Source of the DNA: a virus
IMG/VR virus record: IMGVR_UViG_3300028840_002691
Span: 32,001-96,000 of that record
Length of the DNA stretch: 64,000 nucleotides
Direction: 5' to 3' (one strand)
A program made the translations under genes and the position numbers. Positions within the stretch are counted from its first letter, which is position 1. Every line of letters starts with the position of its first letter. Of the stretch, positions 37,302-46,798 are shown piece by piece. The notes under the pieces were generated by a model, which searched no databases, was not told the origin of the DNA, and saw only the letters and a program-made list of their open reading frames with translations.

Positions 37302-39037
37302 CCAACTGCATATTCATGTACAACAACCTGATTGATGATTCTGGTGCCTCGATTACTCCTAGCAGTGCAGTAAGCACCTTCCCTATTGGCAATTTACAGA
37401 ATCCTTTCCGCACGAAGGTAGCTAGGGTTTCTGGAGTGGCTGAGTGGTACGGCACCAATCTTGTAGCTGATGGTGGTATGGAAGAGCTTGGTGGATGGGA
37501 CCAATATGGCACTCCGGCAAATGAACAGAGAACAGCTACTGAGTATTATGAGGGCAGTTACAGTTGGTACTTTGAGTCCAATGGAGCCAATGACGGGGTG
37601 AGCAACGTTACAGCTTGGACACAAACTACTGGGAAAACTTATCTTTGTAGTGGTTATGTTCTTCCGGATAGTGGTACTACGGTAAATGTGAAAGTTTTGC
37701 GTGGTGATGGCGCAGCAGCAGCGTACGATGTCCAACACACGGACTTAACGCAGAGTGCTTGGAACCACATTGAGTTTGTTTATACAGATATCAGTGGTGG
37801 GGCTGCTGCCGAGATAGCTTTCTATGACGGCGACGGAGACACTGGCGACTGGTACGTGGACAAGGTTCAAGTATTTGAAGGGTTGGTTACTAATGGTGGC
37901 TTTGAGATCGGTGGTACGGGGGATAACTTTAATGGCGGTGCCGAGGTGGACGATGGCACTAGTGACACTTTTACTGGTTGGACGAATGTTAGCGTCAATG
38001 ATGGTGCTGGGGACAAGATTGAGGCAACTGCCACAAAAAAGACACAAAGTTACGCTGTGAAATTGACAAGAACAACGCAGACAACTTATATGTATCAGTA
38101 TATATCTGTAACAGCAGGAAGGGTTTACAAGTTGTCATTCTGGGCTCGCGGTGATGGGGCAAATGCTGGCGAATATAGGCTGTACGATGTCCAAAATGCA
38201 GCTTGGATAATCTCTACTACTTCTACGGGAGTTTCTGGAGCTACTTATACAGAGGTGACTGTAGTATTTACAGTTCCTTCTGGATGCACTCAGGTTAGTA
38301 TCCATTTGCGTTCGACTTCTGTTGCTGGGACAGCTTACTTTGACTGCGTTCACGTGCAGGAGGTTATTACAGGGTATATAACATTTGATTTAGGCTCGCA
38401 TGGGTTGACAGACATCGATTGTGTTGCCTTAGCAAATTATAGTTGGGGCAGTAATCCTGGACGCGTGACTCTTGAACATAATACGTCTGCACAGAATACT
38501 TCTTGGTGCAATCCGGAAACAACTGCTGATCTCACTTGGGCGCTACGGCCAACAGCCAACGGCAACGAGGCTTGTATAGTTAGTCAATTCACTGATACTA
38601 GTGATCAGTATTTCCGTCTGGTTTTTAGTGATGGTGCAAGTACTTCGGTCTACAATTCAGATATCGGTAGGATTTATATAGGACCAAGTTTTACTCCTAC
38701 ACTCGACTATGAGCATAGTGGTTATGAGCTGGACTTCAATGACCCATCTATGCTCAGCCAGACACCAGACGGTCAAAAACACCTTGATGAGCTTACAGCT
38801 TACAGGTATGTCAAGTTCAACTTCAAAGTCACCACGCAAGCGCAACTGGAGTCGTTCCAGAAGATGTGGAACGAAGTGCGAATGCGCAAGAACCTCTTCG
38901 TTGCTTTCGACTACGACAACGAGGCCAATGAGATGACTATTTACGGGATGTTTGTTACTCCGATGCGCACTTTTCACTCAGATCCAGAATGGCCTGATTT
39001 GAGAAGGGTTTACTTAGAATTTGAGGAGGCTCGATAA
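37298..39037 (+). CDS. Distal tail-like protein with two inserted carbohydrate-binding modules
   Basis: Follows the TMP gene. CBM-like starts LVADGGME and LVTNGGFE, with YKLSFWAR and AYFDCV. Dit-like C-terminus IGRIYIG. Confidence 0.65.
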   Translation: MTNCIFMYNNLIDDSGASITPSSAVSTFPIGNLQNPFRTKVARVSGVAEWYGTNLVADGGMEELGGWDQYGTPANEQRTATEYYEGSYSWYFESNGANDGVSNVTAWTQTTGKTYLCSGYVLPDSGTTVNVKVLRGDGAAAAYDVQHTDLTQSAWNHIEFVYTDISGGAAAEIAFYDGDGDTGDWYVDKVQVFEGLVTNGGFEIGGTGDNFNGGAEVDDGTSDTFTGWTNVSVNDGAGDKIEATATKKTQSYAVKLTRTTQTTYMYQYISVTAGRVYKLSFWARGDGANAGEYRLYDVQNAAWIISTTSTGVSGATYTEVTVVFTVPSGCTQVSIHLRSTSVAGTAYFDCVHVQEVITGYITFDLGSHGLTDIDCVALANYSWGSNPGRVTLEHNTSAQNTSWCNPETTADLTWALRPTANGNEACIVSQFTDTSDQYFRLVFSDGASTSVYNSDIGRIYIGPSFTPTLDYEHSGYELDFNDPSMLSQTPDGQKHLDELTAYRYVKFNFKVTTQAQLESFQKMWNEVRMRKNLFVAFDYDNEANEMTIYGMFVTPMRTFHSDPEWPDLRRVYLEFEEAR

Positions 39038-41007
39038 TGGCAGACGCCTACATATATGGGGCTATAGAGTTTACGGGTGGCGGTCGCAGCTCACTGGACA
39101 ATATAGACGGTAATGACTTGCAAGAGAATGATGCTGCATTCGTAATAAAAGACGGCTTCTTTTATGCATATAGACTCAATGCTTCCTCAGCGGCTTCTGA
39201 AAGTGTACCTCATGTAATTTCACCAGATGTAAATGCTGGGGATAAGCGTTGGGAACTGCAGTCGGGGAATCTCGCTTACCTGATTGATCCGACAGAATCT
39301 GACCAGGGAGCAGCAGGCAACGGACGCACATTGAAGGACATTGCTAATTCTGTTGGCACTTCGAAGCATGTGGAAGTTTGGTTCACGAATGTGGGTGGGG
39401 CAACAGGTAATACTACACCATACTATCTCGATACGTCTTTAGACCTCTCATCGTATACCAATATGCATTTCCGTTTCATGTCTGGGGCTTACTTGGACCA
39501 GGTGACAGGGGATGAGGTTTTAACTGTTCCTTCCCCACAGCACATTATAGCCCTACCTGTTACAAAAATTGCAGACGGCAATATGCTCGCCTTTGCTGCC
39601 GGTGGTACTGCTTACCCTGAATGGCTAGGTGTCGACAGTACCAGTGGTGAAACAGCAATTAACGCAATAATAGCAAGGCTCTTTGCTGCTGGTGGTGGAA
39701 TTTGCCACCTCCAACCGAAGACCTACACTATAGACGGGAAGATCATCGTATACGAAGACGTAATTCTACAGGGAGTGTTGAACAACTACGGTGGAGCAGC
39801 ACATATAACAGGCACAATGATAACCCTCGCAGACTCATCAGACTGCGACATGGTGCAGACAACCCTATCTGCTGCGACCTACCATAATGGTGGCATCAGG
39901 CAGGTAGCATTTGATGGTAACTCGGCAAACCAGGCAAGTGGTAAAGGGCTTGTTGATGACGCAAAGAACGTGGTCTTTGAGGATGTGTTTGTAGTTGACT
40001 GTAAGGAGGAAGGCATAAATGAGTCTGGTGGATTTGCCAGCTTCACCAGGGTGCACTCCATAAACAACACAGAGGAGAACATTTCTATTGGTGGTGCTGA
40101 TTGTAACTTTACTGACTGTGAGTTTCAAAATCCAGACATAGGAGATTCTGGAACCTATGCTAATATTTATCTCAACGGCACTCATAACAGGTTCTTAAAT
40201 TGCAGGATTGGATCAAGCAATTCTACAAGTACGCATGGGGTACACATTCAGGCTGCAGCTTATTATAATGATTTTACGGGTTGTGAGTTTAGGTTCTCTG
40301 AAGAATGGGGTATTAAAGATGAGGGCGGGGCAACTTCTATTACTGGATGCACATTCCAAAATAATAAAAGTGGAGGAATACAGGTTCTTGCCAACAGTGT
40401 GTCAATTACAGGTGGTGAGATCAGGTGTGATAGTGCCACTAAAGCCACTGTAGAACTTGGGTCGGCTGGCACACAGGTAGATTATATAAACATCGTCGGT
40501 GTTGCAGAACTAAACGGATATGTCCAGTGTGTTAATGTTGGAAGCCATATTGTCATTCAAACAGACAAAACCAACAATACTCTTGAGATTGATAATTCAA
40601 ATGTTGCCACATCGGGGTTGGGAGAGGACACACTACAGGCCAAGGGTATCGAAGCAAAGTATATGGGTGATACTTCCGGCATTCGCATAACTGCCGCAGG
40701 AACCATATCTGGTGCAAACGATACCAAGACAATTAGGCTCTATTTTGGCGCTACAAGCGTTACGGTAATATCAGCAGCTGCGGGAGATGAGACAGATTGG
40801 AGAATAGTTGCGGATATTTGGAATACAGCCACTAATGCACAGAGATGGTCGTGGACGGGTGTAGAATCTGACGGCACAATCACATCCGGTTATGATACTT
40901 CAGCCATAGATACTACCGCCGCTGTTACGTTAAAACTTTCTGGGGAGTGCGCTAATGTTAATGATACAATCACGCAAACAATGTGGGTAGTAGAATCTAT
41001 TAGATAA
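39037..41007 (+). CDS. Tailspike / depolymerase-like beta-helix protein
   Basis: PEWLGV...TAINAII...GGGICHL (pectate-lyase-3-like start), FDGNSANQ, repeated FTGCEF rungs. Confidence 0.7.
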   Translation: MADAYIYGAIEFTGGGRSSLDNIDGNDLQENDAAFVIKDGFFYAYRLNASSAASESVPHVISPDVNAGDKRWELQSGNLAYLIDPTESDQGAAGNGRTLKDIANSVGTSKHVEVWFTNVGGATGNTTPYYLDTSLDLSSYTNMHFRFMSGAYLDQVTGDEVLTVPSPQHIIALPVTKIADGNMLAFAAGGTAYPEWLGVDSTSGETAINAIIARLFAAGGGICHLQPKTYTIDGKIIVYEDVILQGVLNNYGGAAHITGTMITLADSSDCDMVQTTLSAATYHNGGIRQVAFDGNSANQASGKGLVDDAKNVVFEDVFVVDCKEEGINESGGFASFTRVHSINNTEENISIGGADCNFTDCEFQNPDIGDSGTYANIYLNGTHNRFLNCRIGSSNSTSTHGVHIQAAAYYNDFTGCEFRFSEEWGIKDEGGATSITGCTFQNNKSGGIQVLANSVSITGGEIRCDSATKATVELGSAGTQVDYINIVGVAELNGYVQCVNVGSHIVIQTDKTNNTLEIDNSNVATSGLGEDTLQAKGIEAKYMGDTSGIRITAAGTISGANDTKTIRLYFGATSVTVISAAAGDETDWRIVADIWNTATNAQRWSWTGVESDGTITSGYDTSAIDTTAAVTLKLSGECANVNDTITQTMWVVESIR

Positions 41008-41028
41008 AAGTGTAAAAGAAAAGAAGGA

Positions 41029-43020
41029 ATGGCGGCATATTTCAAATATACATCAGGAACGTTCTTCAGAGACACTGCAGGAGTGGCTTGGAGCCACAGG
41101 TGGGATCCTACGAGCTACTTTACTGATTTCAAAGACGAGGTAACTAGCGAAAAGGTATTTCTGGCCGAGATACAAGTGGCTGAGAAGGTCACTGGCTGGA
41201 CACAGTACCCAGCGTCTTCTGCTTACTACAAGAGCTACCTGAATGAAACCATCACACTGGCCGACGAGAACAGCTCCACAGAAACCGTAAGAAAAGAAGT
41301 AGTGGCTGTTGAAGAGGACGGTACTGCATTGACAGAAAAAAGCAGCGTGGCGAATGTTGTAGCCAACGCAGGCAGTTTCTACCACGACACTGACGCTGGT
41401 ACCTTGTACGTGCATACCTCTGGCAGCGATACTCCTGATGACCACACGATAATTGCGTACTTCTGGTTGTACTTCGGCACAAAGGGCATAGAGCTGAACG
41501 GCAAGTTTTACGAGCCCTACATCCACGAACGTGGTATTCCAACCCTGAAGCAGCGCAACGCCAACATCCACTGGGGCATATCAGAGATCAGTAGCGGCAA
41601 CCTGGTGCTCATAAACAACCGTGGGTACTTTGATCAGATTTCTAGGAAATTCATTTGGCGCAACAAGAAAGTCAAGCTGCTTCTGGGTGGTAATGATTTA
41701 GCCTACGGAGAGTACGAGACTCTATTCACTGGGATCATAGTGGATAAGGTATTTACCCGCAGGGAAGTCACCTTGAGGCTGAAATCTACTGCTTTTAGGC
41801 TGTTGGAAAGTATACCTACAACCTTTTTCGACACGACCACTTATCCAAATATGGACCCGAACAAAGCTGGTTGGGCCATGCCCATCTACTACGGCAACTA
41901 CGACTCCAGGATAAGCCCCATCGTCACCTGCGTAGACAACCCAGGAGTGAATCAGTACATTTTTAGGGTGGCAGTGCATTCACTGAAGTCGATAAGTGGT
42001 GCGTCGATTTCTTACAGTGGCAGCTCAACTTTTAATACTATCGCTATGGACAGCTACAGCGAGTCCGACGCCACGGTGCAGTTGACTGCTGCTGGCTATG
42101 TGAATGGTTACTCAAAGGTCAGGGTGGCTTTCGAGGGCAAGGCAGACGCCTCAGGCAACCTGATAGAGAGCGGAGTTAGCATTGTTGAGGATTTGCTCAC
42201 TAGTTATTGTGGCTACTCTTCGGCAGATATAGATGCTACTTCCTCCACTTGCTCAGCTGCCATAGCCGAGTTCAACCTCAATGTACCAATAGAAGCAGAA
42301 GTACAGGCACTGGCAGTGATAGAGAGGGTTTGTGTCAGCGAGCTGGCTTACTTCGACGAGGATGGTGATGGTCAGTTGCGGTACAGGGTGTGGGAGCCTA
42401 CGATAACTCCCAGCGCCCCGAAAGTTGACGATATTGATTTTCTGGAGCCTACTCCAGTGATCCAGGATGACAGCGAGTGGCTGTTCTACAAAGTGCGGAT
42501 AGGACACTCATACAGGTGCTGGTCTGGTGGCTGGATCTACGATGACTACTACAACGCTGACAGCCAGTACAAGTACGGCATAGACGACGAGCTGACGGTG
42601 AACACATATCTCAGGAGCAGTAACGACGGAGACACCCTGGCAAGAAGAATGACTATTCTCACCAGAGACCCTTCGCCTATTTTAACAGGTCGGTTCAAAA
42701 CTCCTATCATAAACAGACTGCTTGGAGATAAATTACAAATCACTTTGGACAGGGCTCCGTACGAGACCGCCGGGGGCTATGATGATAGGGTGTTTGAGAT
42801 CTTCGGCTCCGAGCTGTCCTTCTTCCCACTGGAGCACAAGATACAGGCCCGAGACCTAGTGGACTATGGCAAGGGACAGGGCTTCTGGATGGCTACAGGT
42901 TCGCCTACTTACGGTGCTTGCACCCAGCAGCAAAGGGACAACAGTGGCTTCTGGTGCGACACTAGTGGCTATGCAGAAACTGCAGACAAAGACTCACTGG
43001 ACAAATCACGGTGGTGGTAA
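41029..43020 (+). CDS. Tail tip / baseplate hub protein
   Basis: MPIYYG, DGDGQLRY, GDKLQIT, plus synteny. Confidence 0.6.
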   Translation: MAAYFKYTSGTFFRDTAGVAWSHRWDPTSYFTDFKDEVTSEKVFLAEIQVAEKVTGWTQYPASSAYYKSYLNETITLADENSSTETVRKEVVAVEEDGTALTEKSSVANVVANAGSFYHDTDAGTLYVHTSGSDTPDDHTIIAYFWLYFGTKGIELNGKFYEPYIHERGIPTLKQRNANIHWGISEISSGNLVLINNRGYFDQISRKFIWRNKKVKLLLGGNDLAYGEYETLFTGIIVDKVFTRREVTLRLKSTAFRLLESIPTTFFDTTTYPNMDPNKAGWAMPIYYGNYDSRISPIVTCVDNPGVNQYIFRVAVHSLKSISGASISYSGSSTFNTIAMDSYSESDATVQLTAAGYVNGYSKVRVAFEGKADASGNLIESGVSIVEDLLTSYCGYSSADIDATSSTCSAAIAEFNLNVPIEAEVQALAVIERVCVSELAYFDEDGDGQLRYRVWEPTITPSAPKVDDIDFLEPTPVIQDDSEWLFYKVRIGHSYRCWSGGWIYDDYYNADSQYKYGIDDELTVNTYLRSSNDGDTLARRMTILTRDPSPILTGRFKTPIINRLLGDKLQITLDRAPYETAGGYDDRVFEIFGSELSFFPLEHKIQARDLVDYGKGQGFWMATGSPTYGACTQQQRDNSGFWCDTSGYAETADKDSLDKSRWW

Positions 43021-43335
43021 ATGGGTAACGAGAAATTGACGCCTATAAACAAGATAAACCTGAACGGCAAGACCATAAAGAAGGTTTTCTTTGCCCACAT
43101 TTCTGGTGGCGACAAGATGTACATCGTATTCACAGATGCCACCGTTCTGGTGATGCCAGTGCACAGAACGTGCCCTGTGCAGGCTGGCAGGTTTGAAGAC
43201 TTCCTGGAAGACCGTGAAGAGGTGGTCAACCAGATGAGAGTGGAGATGCAGGTGTTCTGCACCGAGCATCAAAAGATTATAGATTTCTTGACAAAGGAAG
43301 TGGACAATGGCTTGGACGGCAAGCAATCTGGTTAG
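43021..43335 (+). CDS. Hypothetical protein
   Basis: Contiguous ORF within the tail operon. Confidence 0.6.
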   Translation: MGNEKLTPINKINLNGKTIKKVFFAHISGGDKMYIVFTDATVLVMPVHRTCPVQAGRFEDFLEDREEVVNQMRVEMQVFCTEHQKIIDFLTKEVDNGLDGKQSG

Positions 43336-44005
43336 CGTCAGCGATGCCACAGAGAAGGACCACTACGACAAGCTCTGGGACAATGCCGATTACCTGAAAG
43401 ATGCCCGTGACGACACCGACGAGGACTCTTACGCTGCCTTTGTGGCTGACGATCACTACAAAGTGCAGATAAACAGCAAGGACGCGGCGTGCTTTAAAAC
43501 CACAGGAGTCTCTCTTGGCTGGCACATAAACTCGGCAGACTTGTTTGATCTCTCACAGTACGGCATGACGCTTCATACCACCACTAAGGTCTACTCACAC
43601 CTGACTCCGGACACTCCACAGGCCATCGCCAGTGACGAATGGACGCTGGTGCAGTTCAACTCTGAAGCCAGTGGGTATGATAACTTGAGCGAGTACAACA
43701 CAGGCACTTACACCTGGACCTGTTCTGAGGCTGGCTACTACCTGTTTACGTCTTATCTGGGGATAAAGGACGCAGACGATGCCATTGGCTATGGGGTGGC
43801 TTTCAAGAACAGCGCAGTGACAAAGGCAGCAGCAATGCAGGTCTCTGGAGCTACAGACTCAAGGATAGCCGTTGGGGTGAATTGCATTCTGTCTGTGGCT
43901 GCAGGGGTAACAATACAGACTTACTGTTACTGTGGTGGCACTGGAGACAAGAACATCCTCTCCGGAGTGACGGAAACTTACTTTATGGTACACAGGTTAT
44001 CTTGA
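43307..44005 (+). CDS. C1q-like domain tail/receptor-binding protein, paralog 1
   Basis: MAWT start, VQFNSE...YNTGTYTWTCSEAGYYLF, C-terminal FMVHRLS. Confidence 0.6.
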   Translation: MAWTASNLVSVSDATEKDHYDKLWDNADYLKDARDDTDEDSYAAFVADDHYKVQINSKDAACFKTTGVSLGWHINSADLFDLSQYGMTLHTTTKVYSHLTPDTPQAIASDEWTLVQFNSEASGYDNLSEYNTGTYTWTCSEAGYYLFTSYLGIKDADDAIGYGVAFKNSAVTKAAAMQVSGATDSRIAVGVNCILSVAAGVTIQTYCYCGGTGDKNILSGVTETYFMVHRLS

Positions 44006-44006
44006 C

Positions 44007-44717
44007 ATGGCTTGGACTACAGCAAACCCAGTGAGCATAGGCGCTCCGACCAGGAAGTCTCAGTACGACAAGCTCTGGGACAATGTTCAGTACCTGAAGG
44101 ACGTTAGGGACGATAGCGATGATGATTCCTACGTGTCCTTCCCTAATGATGATCAGAGGAAACTGCTGATAGCTTCCACGGATGATTGGTGCTTCACTAC
44201 TACTGGTGTTTCTTTAGGATACCAACTGCCTGCACCAGACGCCACTGTGTTCAGTTTGTCTCAGTATGGGATGACTTTGAGGACCAGCAGGATAAGTGCT
44301 TATGACACGGCAGATTACCCTGGTGGAGCATCTTTCATTGAGGTTGATTTTGACAGTGAACATTTCGATACTCTTAGTGAGTATGATACTACACCTTGCG
44401 AGTTCACTTCTAGTGAGGCTGGGTATTATCTTTGTATTTGTCAGAACACTTTGAGGGGCTATGAAGCAGTGGACGGTCTCAAGATTGCTTCTTGTATTTA
44501 TAGGGGGCTTCCGCATCACGAAGCGTATTATACTAATGTGTGCTCAATTGGAGCTACTGGGGTTACTTGTTCAGTGTCTGTTATGGCGGTCATTTATTTG
44601 TCTGCTGCTTCTGCAGATTGGTGCGGAGGTGTGTCACATTCAGCAGGAATGGGTGTAAGCTTGGATTTTGTTGGTCAGGATGAGTGGAGTTTTTTTCAGA
44701 TGCATAGACTTTCCTAA
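44007..44717 (+). CDS. C1q-like domain tail/receptor-binding protein, paralog 2
   Basis: Similar to paralog 1. FTSSEAGYYL, FQMHRLS. Confidence 0.6.
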   Translation: MAWTTANPVSIGAPTRKSQYDKLWDNVQYLKDVRDDSDDDSYVSFPNDDQRKLLIASTDDWCFTTTGVSLGYQLPAPDATVFSLSQYGMTLRTSRISAYDTADYPGGASFIEVDFDSEHFDTLSEYDTTPCEFTSSEAGYYLCICQNTLRGYEAVDGLKIASCIYRGLPHHEAYYTNVCSIGATGVTCSVSVMAVIYLSAASADWCGGVSHSAGMGVSLDFVGQDEWSFFQMHRLS

Positions 44718-44731
44718 GGAGACTGTAAGAC

Positions 44732-44950
44732 ATGGGGATCATAAATATAACATTGACGGCAGAGGAGGAGAAGGCTTTGACCTGGCGATATGGCAGCGCT
44801 GCAGCCTGGGCGCAGAGCTACCTGAAACACCTGGCAGGACAGGCGATAAACTCCTTCGTAGAGGAGTTCAGTGATTATCAGGCTCGTAAGAAGACAGCGG
44901 AAGAAAAAGATACGATAGTCAGCAACACCACAGTTGATAAAAAAATATAA
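44732..44950 (+). CDS. Small hypothetical protein
   Basis: AAGGAG RBS. Confidence 0.6.
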   Translation: MGIINITLTAEEEKALTWRYGSAAAWAQSYLKHLAGQAINSFVEEFSDYQARKKTAEEKDTIVSNTTVDKKI

Positions 44951-44964
44951 AATGGAGACTCTTT

Positions 44965-45354
44965 ATGGATGTGAACATTGCTCAAGTTGCTATTTCTGCT
45001 ATCGGAGTTGTTGTGGCTGCTGGAGTTTCTGGAGTTCTAGTCAGGTTTATTCTGGCTGGACACGCAACACAGATCGCAAAATTGGAAGACTTCAAGGGGA
45101 AGGTAAAGATGCCAAATGTCGGAGAGAGCATGTGTGACGCACGGCACGGTAAGCACGAGGAAATGTGTACTGAACGGCGTGACCAGATCGAGAGAGGCAT
45201 AAAATTTCTGTTCGACGAGCACAAAACGCTAATTTCAGAAATAAAGAGAGACCACGACGTGGTGACCATAGTCAGGACCAAGCTTGACAGCTTTAACAAG
45301 AGGTTTGACGGCATAGACAGAAAGCTAGATAAGCTGAACAACAAAGATGCCTAA
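44965..45354 (+). CDS. Membrane-anchored coiled-coil protein (lysis-associated)
   Basis: N-terminal TM segment, C-terminal IDRKLDKL coiled coil. Confidence 0.55.
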   Translation: MDVNIAQVAISAIGVVVAAGVSGVLVRFILAGHATQIAKLEDFKGKVKMPNVGESMCDARHGKHEEMCTERRDQIERGIKFLFDEHKTLISEIKRDHDVVTIVRTKLDSFNKRFDGIDRKLDKLNNKDA

Positions 45355-45559
45355 ACGTAAAGATCCAGACTTCACCGTAGACCAGATTGAGCACCTGCGG
45401 CACATGTGCCTAAACGAGCTGGTGGTGGACTTCAGCCAGTGCAAGTGCTTCCACGAGTGTTGTCTGCTGAATGCCTTTGAGGCCAGAATGAAGAAGAAAC
45501 TGGACGATCTGATGAAGGCGGCAAAGAAGTATGAGCGAACTAAGAGAGAAACAAAATAG
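45347..45559 (+). CDS. Small Cys-rich protein
   Basis: Coupled ORF containing C..CKCFHECC. Confidence 0.5.
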   Translation: MPKRKDPDFTVDQIEHLRHMCLNELVVDFSQCKCFHECCLLNAFEARMKKKLDDLMKAAKKYERTKRETK

Positions 45560-45851
45560 ATTCGCCAGGATGTATGCACAGCTAATATTGTATGCTCAGG
45601 AGCTTGGCTATACGCTGGCGCTGGCGGACTGATACCGCAGTCCGCGTATGGAGCCGTGGTACGGCAACCCAAACTCCTGTCACAAGATAAAACTGGCTGG
45701 TGATCTGGACATATTCAAAGGTGAAGAGTATTTGACCAAAACTGCCGATCATGAACCTCTAGGCAAATTCTGGGAGTCAATGGGTGGCTCTTGGGGCGGA
45801 CGGTTCAATGACGGCGATCACTATTCAGTTTCCTACAAAGGAAGGAGGTAA
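45531..45851 (+). CDS. M15-family peptidase endolysin with an in-frame TGA at 45630-45632
   Basis: Translates as MSELREKQNRFARMYAQLILYAQELGYTLALAD*YRSP...NSCHKIKLAGDLD...LGKFWESMGGSWGGRFNDGDHYS. The Zn ligands SxHxxxxAxD and DxxH are intact. Confidence 0.8.
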
Positions 45852-45857
45852 AGAGAG

Positions 45858-46292
45858 ATGAGAAAACTTTCCGTATTGGCAATTGCAGCCTGCTTTTTGC
45901 TCACAGCTTGTGCAGGCATTGGCATCAACTTACAGCCAGAGGCCACAGACGTAGCCATGGAAGTGGTGGCGTTTACATTCGGGTACAAGGGTGTGGAGAA
46001 GTACCCCTCGGATTTTCAAGAAGCTGGGGTAATAGCCCGAGAGGGCTTAGAACTTCTGGAGGCAGACGAGCTCACCTTGAACGAGCTGGTAGAGAACCTG
46101 CGGGAAAAGGTGGTGCAGGAAGTCACGGAAGACCCGCTGCTCCAGTACCAGGTGAAGAAGCTGCTCAGCCTGGTGGAAGTGGACATCGACGCCGAGAACC
46201 CGATAGACATCCCAGGCGACAAGGACGAGCTGGTGAAGAAGATGCTCGCTGCGTTTGCCGAGGGCGTGGAGGCGCAGACCGTTGTCCAGTAG
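45858..46292 (+). CDS. Lipoprotein
   Basis: Signal peptide with lipobox LTAC. Confidence 0.75.
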   Translation: MRKLSVLAIAACFLLTACAGIGINLQPEATDVAMEVVAFTFGYKGVEKYPSDFQEAGVIAREGLELLEADELTLNELVENLREKVVQEVTEDPLLQYQVKKLLSLVEVDIDAENPIDIPGDKDELVKKMLAAFAEGVEAQTVVQ

Positions 46293-46797
46293 CCCCTATA
46301 CGGACGCTGTCAGAGAGGAGATTAAAACAGGAGACTGCATACAGTGGCAGTCTAACAGCATACTAGGAAAATTGATACGGATTTTCAGTCCGCAGATCAA
46401 TCACTCCTCTCTGGCACTTCGCTTGGACTACAAGGGGTTGGAGGACAGGCGCTTTCTGCTAGAGGCGCTGGAGATGGGCATAGACATGAACCTGCTCTCG
46501 ATGCGTCTGGACGACTACGACGGCAAGGCCTGGTGGTACAAGTTGCACAGCAAGTTCGACAGTCTGCGTGAGCACATTGGCGCTTGGGCACTGAAGCGTG
46601 TGGGCACACCGTACGACTACGGCAGCCTGTTCAAGAACATGATGGGCAGAGTGTCTGCGGATGCCAACAAGTTCTTCTGCTCCGAGTATGTGTACCTCTG
46701 CTACTTGGAGCACCGCATTGTGCCGCGCATGAAGGCACCGAGACCAGGTGACCTAATACACCTCCCGATATGGGAGCGGATAGAAAGGATACGCTGA
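46282..46797 (+). CDS. Permuted papain-like amidase (YiiX/YaeF, NlpC/P60 superfamily)
   Basis: IKTGD, NHSSL, GTPYDY, FFCSEYV, PRPGDL. Confidence 0.85.
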   Translation: MSSSPYTDAVREEIKTGDCIQWQSNSILGKLIRIFSPQINHSSLALRLDYKGLEDRRFLLEALEMGIDMNLLSMRLDDYDGKAWWYKLHSKFDSLREHIGAWALKRVGTPYDYGSLFKNMMGRVSADANKFFCSEYVYLCYLEHRIVPRMKAPRPGDLIHLPIWERIERIR

Positions 46798-46798
46798 T

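Noticed and set aside
43307-44717. Invertible or DGR-diversified receptor-binding cassette
   Set aside because: The paralogs are in direct orientation, differences are not adenine-specific, and no invertase or RT is present.
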